DNA of 64,000 nucleotides from Pontiella sp. Lineage in GTDB: Bacteria; Verrucomicrobiota; Kiritimatiellia; Kiritimatiellales; Pontiellaceae. The stretch spans positions 32,001-96,000 of the forward strand of contig JBNKHE010000010.1 of assembly GCA_050290185.1 (NCBI GenBank), read 5' to 3'. Each line of letters opens with the position of its first letter. Positions within the stretch are counted from its first letter, which is position 1. The position numbers and the translations under genes were made by a program. Positions 55,779 to 64,000 of this stretch are shown piece after piece. The notes under the pieces were generated by a model. The model was not told the DNA's origin. It saw only the letters and a program-made list of their open reading frames with translations, and ran no database searches.

Positions 55779-56516
55779 ATGACTGATGGAGATGTGCAGG
55801 TAAGGCTTAACCAAGTCTCAAAGCAGCGTTGGTCTGTTGATCTGGTAAAGGAAGTATACGGGGTGGATCTGAGCGAGAAATCGTCCCTAGTAGTACAGTT
55901 TAAACTGTGGGCTGGCAGGTATGACAAGGACTTGACGGTAATCGGTGACGATGTTGATCGTTGGATGTTTCAATTGTTTCTGCAAGATCGGGAGTGGGTT
56001 CCCTCTACGATTGCCGCACCTCAGTTAGGTCTTAAAAAGGACGATTTCGAGAACGTCTTGGGCAAGATGAAAGAGAAGTCCTTCATCTCGGAGGTCGAAC
56101 ATGGTGGTTTGTTCCCTAGTGTTTATTCTAAAAACTTCATAAATGATTTGCCCGAACGACTGCCCTCATTCCCTCGTCAAATTTGGGCTTCGCGATCCAG
56201 TCATGTACGGGCCTTCCATACGGCTCTCGAAAAGGATCTTGGTTTTGAGGTTTCACTGCTGCTTTGTTCTGCCTCTATCCGTTTTGGAGACCCAGATCCT
56301 GAAGTTTCTATCGAGCAAGACATTATCACCAACGAACCTATTGGGCTTAAGTATCAGGACTGGATGAATTTTGGGCAGCCAATAGCATTAAAGCCTGATG
56401 CATGCTCAATCTTTACGTTGGCACAGCATGCTGAGGTTTTGGCTCATTACAGAATGAGTAAAGGGAAAGATGAGCTGTTGGAAAGAGCTAGCGAAGTGAT
56501 CGGACAAGGGAAGTAA
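55779..56516 (+). CDS. Hypothetical protein (245 aa)
   Basis: ORF with RBS AAAGGA directly after hsdS; no family recognised. Confidence 0.65.
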   Translation: MTDGDVQVRLNQVSKQRWSVDLVKEVYGVDLSEKSSLVVQFKLWAGRYDKDLTVIGDDVDRWMFQLFLQDREWVPSTIAAPQLGLKKDDFENVLGKMKEKSFISEVEHGGLFPSVYSKNFINDLPERLPSFPRQIWASRSSHVRAFHTALEKDLGFEVSLLLCSASIRFGDPDPEVSIEQDIITNEPIGLKYQDWMNFGQPIALKPDACSIFTLAQHAEVLAHYRMSKGKDELLERASEVIGQGK

Positions 56517-57262
56517 TGATGTTCATTTCTTCGGGGGCGAACAATTTAATAAGCAGCATGAATATCGGGAACCGACCCGATGGAACGCACTATGTTCCTC
56601 TTGTATGTGGGAAGAAAATCAAGGAAGGCATGCGCATTGGTGATGAAGCGCTGCGCGAGTGGTTTTTAAGGTGTGTATCGTCAGGCTCATATTCTGATTT
56701 TTGTATTGAAGATAACATAGCAGTGCTTGGCATCAAAAAGTGGGATAAATCAGGGCTAAAATATCTCAACTTACAAGCCCTTGTAACCCTTCGAGGAACG
56801 ATAGCCGATATGTGCCGTTCAGGAGAAAATAACAACGAATGGAATGATAAATGTCACTATTATCGGTTGGAATATGATCCATCAAAACCGGGCCCTATCT
56901 TCAAAGAACCTCTTCCGCATGTACACGTCTACCCAGGTGGTGCCCCTCGATTCCAATTCTCTGGTTGTGATCCTAAGACGCTGTTCGTAGATTTTATTGA
57001 GTTTTTGTATCTCAACTATGCTCACTCCAAGTGGGTAGGCTGGGCTCGTAGAATTTGGAAGCAAGGGACGGATTTTTCGCCATGCGAAGATTCGTTTGAT
57101 GCAGTTGTTGCTGCATATGATGGCGGGCGTAGTAGTGAGTTGATGGGGCGGTACAAAGGTTCAGTAATTGATCTGAAAATGGTGCTGAAAAAAGAAAAGC
57201 ACAGGCTTTCGGCTGGGCATGCCATGCTTTCGGATACAGCAGATACCCTTTCGTATAGGTGA
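56516..57262 (+). CDS. Hypothetical protein (248 aa) with a YYRLEYD...PLPHVH motif
   Basis: TAATG overlap with the upstream ORF; the motif loosely resembles DUF2290-type proteins. Confidence 0.65.
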   Translation: MMFISSGANNLISSMNIGNRPDGTHYVPLVCGKKIKEGMRIGDEALREWFLRCVSSGSYSDFCIEDNIAVLGIKKWDKSGLKYLNLQALVTLRGTIADMCRSGENNNEWNDKCHYYRLEYDPSKPGPIFKEPLPHVHVYPGGAPRFQFSGCDPKTLFVDFIEFLYLNYAHSKWVGWARRIWKQGTDFSPCEDSFDAVVAAYDGGRSSELMGRYKGSVIDLKMVLKKEKHRLSAGHAMLSDTADTLSYR

Positions 57263-57327
57263 TGTCGATAGCAGCAACGCACTCAAAAGTGCTAATGGAT
57301 GACGAAGCGGCCAAAAGGAAATGGCTT

Positions 57328-57519
57328 ATGTTTCTAGGGATAGAAAAAGATAAGGGATTGTTTTACGAGGGCGGTGATCTGTTCACGGGGATGCGCGCCG
57401 TATTACCACCGCCACATCTTTTCGATATGCAGATACTCGGTGCCGCATTATTGGAGCGCATCAAAACCGCCTGATCCAACCTGAAACCGAAAAAGAAGCC
57501 CCGGAAGGGAAAGGGATAA
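57328..57519 (+). pseudogene. Junction remnant: 5' end of the 58698 gene joined to an hsdS 3' tail
   Basis: 57329..57434 repeats 58699..58804. 57442..57519 reads AALLERIKTA*SNLKPKKKPRKGKG*, against HsdS AALLERIKSERAKLNPKKR. Confidence 0.8.
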
Positions 57520-57520
57520 C

Positions 57521-58687
57521 ATGGGCCAGCAGAGTGAAATGATGATTGAGGCCATGGATCAATGGTGGGGAGCTTCAGGAAAATTTGTCTGCGAAAATTG
57601 CTTAACCGCGTCATCGCTTCAGAAAGCCATTCGAGAAAATATTGTGCCGGACCACAACTGTTCTTTCTGTGAAAATGACCGTGCGGCATCACTCGATTAT
57701 CTGATGGAACATCACATCATGCCTGCAATCTGGAATGAATATACGGAGGCGGTCAATGAGCTCAATTGGGTTGACGGGGAGTGGCTTGGAGAGTATCAGG
57801 ACACGTATGATTTGATCGAAGATGTCATCGGCGGATATGACGGAACGGATTTTGGGGATTTGACCGAAACCATTCGTGATTCAATCCGTGATACCCATTG
57901 GTGTCGTCAAAACTATTATGGCGTTCAACCTGAAGAAACACGTTTGTTTCGATGGCGCGGGTTTGCTCACATTGTTAAGCACACGACCCGCTATTTCTTT
58001 GGGGATACCATTATTGAAAAAGAACCATCCGAGCAGGATGAAACCGATATTCTTGGATTTTTGAATGATCTAAAAGAGATTATTGAACGTGAACTACTCT
58101 GGAATATGCGCCCGAAGACGGTCATTTTTCGGGCTCGGGTTGATAAAACGAAGCATACCTCTATTCAGGAGCTTGGAGCGCCACCCTATCATAAAGCTTG
58201 TTATTCAAACCGTATGACTCCCGCAGGGATTTCAATGCTCTATGGGGCCTTAGATGCGCAAACTGCCAAGGCAGAGGTCGGTGAGCTTAAGTCCGATAAA
58301 ATAATGACTCTAGCATCTATACGCCTCATTCCTGAAATTCAAGTAGTGGACTTTACTCGATTACCCCCACCGCCGGACTTCTTCGATTTGGACAAGAGTT
58401 CTCGCCGCTATCTCTGTCAGTTTTTATGGAGTTTTGTTAAAGAGCTTGCCGCTCCAATTGAAAAGGATGGTCGAGAACATATTCAGTACGTCCCGACACA
58501 GGTGCTTACCGAGTATCTAAAAACCACGTTATTAGTTAATGGCATGATTTTCCCAAGCTCACGGTATGCGGGTGGAAAATGTGTTGTTCTGTGGAGTAAA
58601 GATTTTGTACCGAATAGGAGTGGTAATTCTTCAGGATTAGAATTGGTAGATGCTGAGTATTATGGCTTGGACTTGATTAAAGTCTGA
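57521..58687 (+). CDS. RES-domain protein with N-terminal Cys-containing (HEPN/RES-NTD-like) region
   Basis: FVCENC...CSFC; IFRAR, NRMTPAGISMLYGA...AE, YVPTQVLTEY, FPSSR. Confidence 0.85.
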   Translation: MGQQSEMMIEAMDQWWGASGKFVCENCLTASSLQKAIRENIVPDHNCSFCENDRAASLDYLMEHHIMPAIWNEYTEAVNELNWVDGEWLGEYQDTYDLIEDVIGGYDGTDFGDLTETIRDSIRDTHWCRQNYYGVQPEETRLFRWRGFAHIVKHTTRYFFGDTIIEKEPSEQDETDILGFLNDLKEIIERELLWNMRPKTVIFRARVDKTKHTSIQELGAPPYHKACYSNRMTPAGISMLYGALDAQTAKAEVGELKSDKIMTLASIRLIPEIQVVDFTRLPPPPDFFDLDKSSRRYLCQFLWSFVKELAAPIEKDGREHIQYVPTQVLTEYLKTTLLVNGMIFPSSRYAGGKCVVLWSKDFVPNRSGNSSGLELVDAEYYGLDLIKV

Positions 58688-58697
58688 TGGAGGTTCA

Positions 58698-59600
58698 GTG
58701 TTTCTAGGAATCGAAAAGGATAAGGGATTGTTTTACGAGGGCGGTGATCTGTTCACGGGGATGCGCGCCGTATTGCCTCCGCCACATCTTTTCGATATGC
58801 AGATTGGCGATACCCCTGCCACTGCGCTGAAGAATCTGATCGAAGCCGAAAAGGCCGAATCAAAGAAGTTTCTTTTCCGAGAGGATGGTTTCGATCCGGT
58901 TTCAATGGTCCGCCGTGGCAGAATATATCAGCCGTATGTTGAGCAGCCTAATGAATGTCGTGTAGCTCCGATTGATACGCTTGATCGCGTCCAGAGCAAC
59001 CCCTTTTATCCAGAAGGACCGGTGCTTATCAAGCGACTACACACCTATCAGCCGTATGCACTGAGTCTCAATGCTCCGGAGAATAAATATGCCATCATCG
59101 GGACGCAGACCGCCTATTCCCTCTGGCGCATTGTTTCCATAGACCAGATGTATCTGAACGATGAGCTGTTAACGTTGCGTCCCCTCCATTCGATGGGTGC
59201 TCTGCCTGATCTTGAATTGAGCAATGTTCCCGAGCCGTGGAAAACCAAGGTATCGGATACGGTTGGCAAAGTCATCGATGCCATGCACCACGCGAATGCC
59301 GACTCCATCATCGAGCTATGCCGCCACGCCGCGGCGGCGGCCCTCTTTGCCCATTTCCATGAAGACATTAAAAAGTTGAGCGGAACCGATCTTGGCAACC
59401 TCGCCGATGATGCCGGCAAAGATGGCAAACGGATTGTCGCGAGCTGCGGAAAAATCATTGCCGACCTTCATTCCCGAATAAAACCCAATATGCAGGTTGA
59501 GCTTGATCTCCGGCCCATTTCCGACCGCGACGCCGAACTCGCCATCTACAGTCTCTCCTGCATTCTCAGCGATTTGAATTTTACAAACGAAGGGCAATAG
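58698..59600 (+). CDS. Hypothetical protein (300 aa), helical C-terminus possibly HEPN/Abi-like
   Basis: GTG start after GGAGG; SIIELCRHAA...LHSRIKPN. Confidence 0.65.
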   Translation: MFLGIEKDKGLFYEGGDLFTGMRAVLPPPHLFDMQIGDTPATALKNLIEAEKAESKKFLFREDGFDPVSMVRRGRIYQPYVEQPNECRVAPIDTLDRVQSNPFYPEGPVLIKRLHTYQPYALSLNAPENKYAIIGTQTAYSLWRIVSIDQMYLNDELLTLRPLHSMGALPDLELSNVPEPWKTKVSDTVGKVIDAMHHANADSIIELCRHAAAAALFAHFHEDIKKLSGTDLGNLADDAGKDGKRIVASCGKIIADLHSRIKPNMQVELDLRPISDRDAELAIYSLSCILSDLNFTNEGQ

Positions 59601-59609
59601 AGAGTCGGT

Positions 59610-59837
59610 ATGGATTATGCACCGCAAATTTTGGAGATGCTGGCCCAGGGGAATGGCCTCAAGGCATTGCAGATTTCCATGGAACTTGGCATAGACCGGA
59701 AGCTGGTAAAGTCCATTCTCTACGGACGGCTGAAGGGACAGGTCCGGCAGGATAAAAGCTATCGCTGGCATTTTGCTTCTGCGACACACTCTGAGACACA
59801 AACGTCCTTCTGGAGTAATTATTCCTCAAACGTATAG
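59610..59837 (+). CDS. Short winged-HTH-like ORF, possibly a truncated gene
   Basis: ILEMLAQGNGLKALQISMELGIDRKLVKSILY...YRW. Confidence 0.5.
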   Translation: MDYAPQILEMLAQGNGLKALQISMELGIDRKLVKSILYGRLKGQVRQDKSYRWHFASATHSETQTSFWSNYSSNV

Positions 59838-60010
59838 TAAATGTTTCCAAAACGTTTTGGTATTTTGATGTTCATTTACCATATCTCCTTGGTTGGAGAG
59901 TGTTGCAAGTTTCACATAGGGAGTTAGATGTGATAATCGACGGGGGGTGGCACGCATTTTGCCTATGCGATGACTACGTTGGTTAATATTTAAAATACGC
60001 GGAGACTAAC

Positions 60011-60910
60011 ATGATGCATAAAATCAACAGGAAGCGTTGGGCGGTTAGTGGATTTGTAATATTGGCGCTCGTTTCAATCTTTATCGGGGGATGTTTCCGG
60101 CACGATGATAACGTATCTATGGCACAAATTAGCACACTTGATAAAGTGCGTAAGACCGGTGAGTTGCATGTAGGATATTTTCTATTCGAACCAACAATTA
60201 TGCAGGACAAAAATGGGAAGCTTAATGGTGTTTTCATTGATTTGATTGAATCCATAGGCAAAGCGCTTGATGCAAAAGTTATCTATCACAATGTGGATTT
60301 AGCAAATTTCGTTGCAGGACTTCAGTCGCAACAATATGACGTCTCCATTGGTGCTACATTTGCAACCCCCCAGCGAGCGACAGCTGTTGCATTTACCAGC
60401 CCCATCTTTTATTGCGGATATACTGGTGTTGTGAAACCTGAAGAGGTTGGCAAATATAATACATGGCAGGATATGGATAAGAAAGGCACTAGGGTTGCTG
60501 TGAAGCAAGGAAGTGCTATTGATGATTTTGTGCGCGAGAATTTTAGAAACGCAACTATTGTACGTCTGCAAGGTGCTGACTTAACACTCCCCTTGGCAGC
60601 GGTATCATCTGGTCAGGCTGATGTGGGACTAATGAATCAACTAACAGTTTTCACTTATCTGAGAGCCCACCCTGAGTTGAAAGAAGTGTTAGCGAAGAGG
60701 CCAATCGTGCCAACTAACTTTTCATGGGCTGTTCGACAGGGCGATCAACGTTGGTTGAATTATCTCAATACATGTATTCAATATTACATAAACACTGGCG
60801 ACATATATAAATGGGAAAGCAAATACGGAATTCCTCTCATGCACAAGAATGAGGAGCTGGTGTTTCCAAAGATGTCATATCCTCAGTATTGGGTTCCCGA
60901 AAAGCAATAA
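60011..60910 (+). CDS. Polar amino-acid ABC transporter substrate-binding lipoprotein (SBP family 3)
   Basis: FIGGC lipobox-like, TLDKVRKTGELHVG, GVFIDL, TPQRA..VAFT.P. Confidence 0.88.
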   Translation: MMHKINRKRWAVSGFVILALVSIFIGGCFRHDDNVSMAQISTLDKVRKTGELHVGYFLFEPTIMQDKNGKLNGVFIDLIESIGKALDAKVIYHNVDLANFVAGLQSQQYDVSIGATFATPQRATAVAFTSPIFYCGYTGVVKPEEVGKYNTWQDMDKKGTRVAVKQGSAIDDFVRENFRNATIVRLQGADLTLPLAAVSSGQADVGLMNQLTVFTYLRAHPELKEVLAKRPIVPTNFSWAVRQGDQRWLNYLNTCIQYYINTGDIYKWESKYGIPLMHKNEELVFPKMSYPQYWVPEKQ

Positions 60911-60963
60911 TCTAGGAGCAAGGAACTGTAAGTTCATGCCAACATTATATTGGATAAGCTATC

Positions 60964-61647
60964 ATGTACGAATGGGATTTTAGATGGGTCTGGACTTACC
61001 GGGAACAACTTCTCTCTGCCCTGGGAATGACAGTTCTGCTTAATTGTTGGATCCTATTATTGGGAACACTTGCCGGTATCTTTTTGGGGCTTATTGCGAG
61101 ACACAGACATCCTTACATCCGCGGTTTGGCTCGTATTTATATCGATGTTTTTCGCACCTTGCCTGTGTTAGTATTATTAGTGTGGTTCTTCTTTTGCATT
61201 CCAATTCTACTTGGGGGTATTCGCATTTCGGGATTCACATCAGCAGTTATTGTCCTTTCTCTCAATCTGTCCGCATTCATAGCAGAAATTGTTCGTGCGG
61301 GTGTGGATGCTATTCCGGCCAGTTATATAAATGACGCTAAAGCATCTGGATTAAGTAGCTGGCATACTAATCGTTTCATAGTTCTTCCAATCGCTCTTCG
61401 GATTATGATTCCTCCACTTGTTGGTCAGTTTATCAACACAATCAAACTATCTGTGCTGGCTTCCGTTATTGCTGTTCCAGAACTTCTTCATCGAACAACG
61501 GAGATTATTAGCCAAGTCTATCGCCCCCTTGAGTTTTACACTGCTCTAGCTGTTATCTTTCTTGTTCTTCTTCTTCCTGGAACTCTCTGGTCTCGGCGAT
61601 TAGAAAAGAAAGCCGAGCGCTTTGTTTTGAAAGGGGATTTGTCATGA
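60964..61647 (+). CDS. Polar amino-acid ABC transporter permease
   Basis: YIDVFRTLPVLV, SAFIAEIVRAG, AKASGLS, IKLSVLASVI. Confidence 0.9.
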   Translation: MYEWDFRWVWTYREQLLSALGMTVLLNCWILLLGTLAGIFLGLIARHRHPYIRGLARIYIDVFRTLPVLVLLVWFFFCIPILLGGIRISGFTSAVIVLSLNLSAFIAEIVRAGVDAIPASYINDAKASGLSSWHTNRFIVLPIALRIMIPPLVGQFINTIKLSVLASVIAVPELLHRTTEIISQVYRPLEFYTALAVIFLVLLLPGTLWSRRLEKKAERFVLKGDLS

Positions 61648-62447
61648 ACTCACCTTTGGACACGTTTGAAAGCTCCGGAATTTCTGGGGAATCGGATGTT
61701 CTGATGGTGTCGAATCTTACAAGGGGATATGGAAAAGGTCGGGGGATCTTCAATACATCGTTCAGCCTGCAACCGAAACGAATACTCAGCTTTATTGGCG
61801 CAAATGCATCTGGGAAGTCGACGCTCATGCGATGTGCCACTCTCTTTGATTTAATGGATCAAGGGACGATAGTAATTAATGGCGAAATCATCGTTGATGT
61901 TGGTGAAGATATATGCACGCTTCCTTCAAAGAATGATTTAATTAAGCTACACGGCGGAATAGTTGGAGCAGTTTTTCAAGACTCACAGCCTTGGCCGCAT
62001 CTTACGGTCGAAGATAATGTAGTACTGCCTCTTGTGAAAAGTCTGGGCTTTTCAAATGTTGAAGCTAGACAACATGCAGCGACCGTACTCCATGAGTTTG
62101 GATTAGAAGATCGTTTGAGCTCATTTCCTTGGGAGCTCTCTGGGGGCCTCCGGCAGCGGGTTGTGTTAGCTAGAGCATTAGCCCTTAATCCCCAATTCAT
62201 TGCAATTGATGAGGGGACGAGTGCATTAGACCCTGATTGGACAGAGCGGGTTCGTCTCATATTGCGAAAATACGCTGAAGCCGGTGCAGCTGTCTTGTTG
62301 ATTAGTCATCAGATGGGTTTTGTTAAAAGGCTGTCTGACGACGTGTGCTTTCTCCATCATGGCCGTATCCATGAGCAGGGTGATCCAAGCAGGATCTTTG
62401 AAAATCCTCAAACTCAAGAGCTAAAGGAGTTCCTTGAAAATGCCTGA
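61644..62447 (+). CDS. Polar amino-acid ABC transporter ATPase
   Basis: GANASGKST, LSGGLRQR, IAIDEGTSALDP, ISH. Confidence 0.9.
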   Translation: MNSPLDTFESSGISGESDVLMVSNLTRGYGKGRGIFNTSFSLQPKRILSFIGANASGKSTLMRCATLFDLMDQGTIVINGEIIVDVGEDICTLPSKNDLIKLHGGIVGAVFQDSQPWPHLTVEDNVVLPLVKSLGFSNVEARQHAATVLHEFGLEDRLSSFPWELSGGLRQRVVLARALALNPQFIAIDEGTSALDPDWTERVRLILRKYAEAGAAVLLISHQMGFVKRLSDDVCFLHHGRIHEQGDPSRIFENPQTQELKEFLENA

Positions 62448-64000
62448 GCCGCTTGACAAGAAACAATCTATTAGCTGTGCTCTACAAGAGCAGCTTGAGG
62501 AACTCAGAAGAAGAGTTCTGGGATACACTTTTGGCGGTCCACCATCCCAGTGGTGCGATGGAGACAGTGAACTACCTGGCATACTTCTACCCCCGAATCC
62601 ATTGGAGCCGCACACGGCGAGACGTATTCTATTTCGGGGGTGCGAGAAATACCAGAGCTGTGACCTGATTCCCGATGAAGTACGTTGGAAAACATGGGAG
62701 GTCATGACAGATGACGAAAGAGATTCCCTTCGTTCTGTTGGTTGCTACCGTGCTTCACGTGCTGATGTTTGGGATGTCAATGCTTTGCCGAGCCGCCAGA
62801 ATACCAACTATAAAGGCGAATGGATAGGGAATCCATTTGGGTTGCGAACTACAGAGGTCGTCCATGCCGCAAACAATCCAAAAGATCAAATCGATATTAG
62901 TAGACTACATCGTGATTATACTCCGTGCCCAGTTGGGGGTTGTATAACGCCTGAGATGCAGCGTACTTTCGAGTGGAAGTATACCGATGGCTCTGACCAT
63001 GTAGGTCTTTGCCACACCGAGGCTTGCCCTTTCCATTACAGGCACACTGGCGATACATTGATTCATGCTGAAGCCAATCCCCTGCGTTTTGCACAATGTC
63101 ATGTAACAAAACCACATTTCAGGCAACTTCTAGAGGACAATGGCATAGTCGTCGTCGCCCCAGTTCATCGATCGCCAGAGGGCCGAGATGCCCCGGGTGA
63201 ATCCTATTGGTATCCATTCTATGCCGGATATGCTTTCTTACAAGTCCCTTCCCGAGCACCGATAAAGAAGGGATTCCTGGACTGCTCTCTTACAGTTCGT
63301 TGGCTACTTACTCGCCTTGAGCGAGAGAATCTGTCTCGTGCATTCCGGCGACTTCCTATCCGGGCAGTCTTCGAGGCAGCTGAGAAAGGCATGCACACGA
63401 CATCTTGGGAGAAGCGCTTGGGGATAATCTCTGTTTCAGAGGGACAGGCTTCCTTCTTCCTTTTGCAGTGGATATTATGCAGGCGCATGCTGGCAATGCT
63501 CTCCAAAGCAGATGTCACGGAGACGCTATCCCTCACATCTAAACTGGAGTGGGTATACGCGGGACAAGGGGAGGCTTTCCATGAACGTCTATCTGAGATT
63601 GAGTCCCTAGGATTTGAGCTTCAAAGTCAATTCGGATTGTCCACAGCAAATGATGGAAGTTTTGTTCGCGTGGCGGACTTCCGGGATGATTTAGCGTTGC
63701 TTGGTCTAATTGATGAGAATGATAGGCCAACACGAAGATTTGAATGCTCTCTTCTCTGGCTCAAAGCGCGAATTGCGTGGGCTGATAAGCGTTGTCATGA
63801 CAGTAAGGAGGATACTCTCGATGATGTCGTGGCTTCAAGGCTTGGATCATTGCTCAATGATGCGCGCTATTTATGTGAAGAAGCTCTAAAGGACAAGGAA
63901 CATCTGTCTTGGGCTCTCCCAAGGTTCGTTTGGCTCTTGATCTCCATAGCATCAGGACAGCATCTAAAGGCTCCTCGTATGCCGGGAGCTGACTGGCATT
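62440..64000 (+). CDS. Large unknown protein, partial (at least 520 aa, open to the window end)
   Basis: Absent from the ORF track. My translation from ATG at 62440 (overlapping the ATPase stop, with AAGGAG upstream) is stop-free: MPEPLDKKQSISCALQEQLEELRRRVLGY...APRMPGADWH. Confidence 0.7.
   Translation, partial: MPEPLDKKQSISCALQEQLEELRRRVLGYTFGGPPSQWCDGDSELPGILLPPNPLEPHTARRILFRGCEKYQSCDLIPDEVRWKTWEVMTDDERDSLRSVGCYRASRADVWDVNALPSRQNTNYKGEWIGNPFGLRTTEVVHAANNPKDQIDISRLHRDYTPCPVGGCITPEMQRTFEWKYTDGSDHVGLCHTEACPFHYRHTGDTLIHAEANPLRFAQCHVTKPHFRQLLEDNGIVVVAPVHRSPEGRDAPGESYWYPFYAGYAFLQVPSRAPIKKGFLDCSLTVRWLLTRLERENLSRAFRRLPIRAVFEAAEKGMHTTSWEKRLGIISVSEGQASFFLLQWILCRRMLAMLSKADVTETLSLTSKLEWVYAGQGEAFHERLSEIESLGFELQSQFGLSTANDGSFVRVADFRDDLALLGLIDENDRPTRRFECSLLWLKARIAWADKRCHDSKEDTLDDVVASRLGSLLNDARYLCEEALKDKEHLSWALPRFVWLLISIASGQHLKAPRMPGADWH

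Larger units (their letters stand above)
42139..64000. mobile_element. tRNA-Met-integrated element / defence island; right boundary beyond the window
   Basis: att fragment adjacent to a tyrosine integrase, xis-like gene, polymerase-like gene, RM and toxin-like cargo, with a visible shift to more AT-rich segments. How far it extends to the right is inferred. Confidence 0.75.

Noticed and set aside
54354..57519. Invertible hsdS shufflon
   Set aside because: The extra hsdS piece is only the C-terminal tail in direct orientation; no silent TRDs or flanking inverted repeats are seen.
62453..63733. Small ORFs listed in the track at the right end
   Set aside because: They are alternative frames of the single open frame 62440..64000.

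Overview
The window has two parts. (1) Bases 1-41.5 kb hold a GC-rich glycan-degradation region. Two secreted non-catalytic proteins and a GH43_24-like gene lie on the minus strand. On the plus strand are a regulator built from two complete LacI units in tandem and a roughly 35 kb co-directional cluster of about 17 genes: GH35, GH97, many GH43, two GH51, GH29, GH95, a large SLH-bearing protein and a PA14-like membrane protein. The cluster has no transporter or sulfatase and shows several internal deletion and shuffling scars. A 15-bp motif (GTAAACTAGGTAACT and variants) lies upstream of all four local transcription units. The protein style suggests a PVC-superphylum bacterium such as a Kiritimatiellota/Pontiella relative, which is an inference. 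(2) From 42.1 kb to the end lies the left part of an integrative element inserted in a tRNA-Met(CAT) gene; only the 51-bp 3' att fragment is in the window, next to a second tRNA-end copy interrupted in its T-loop by a structured 181-nt insert. The element encodes a tyrosine integrase, an excisionase-like HTH protein, small Cys-rich ORFs and a minimal family-A DNA polymerase-like gene split by one in-frame TAG. It also carries an EcoKI-like type I RM system with a Fic gene, a tandemly doubled variable slot behind hsdS (unknown gene pair, RES protein), and an AT-rich amino-acid ABC transporter coupled to a large unknown ORF that runs off the window. All family calls come from motif recognition by eye; no database searches were run.
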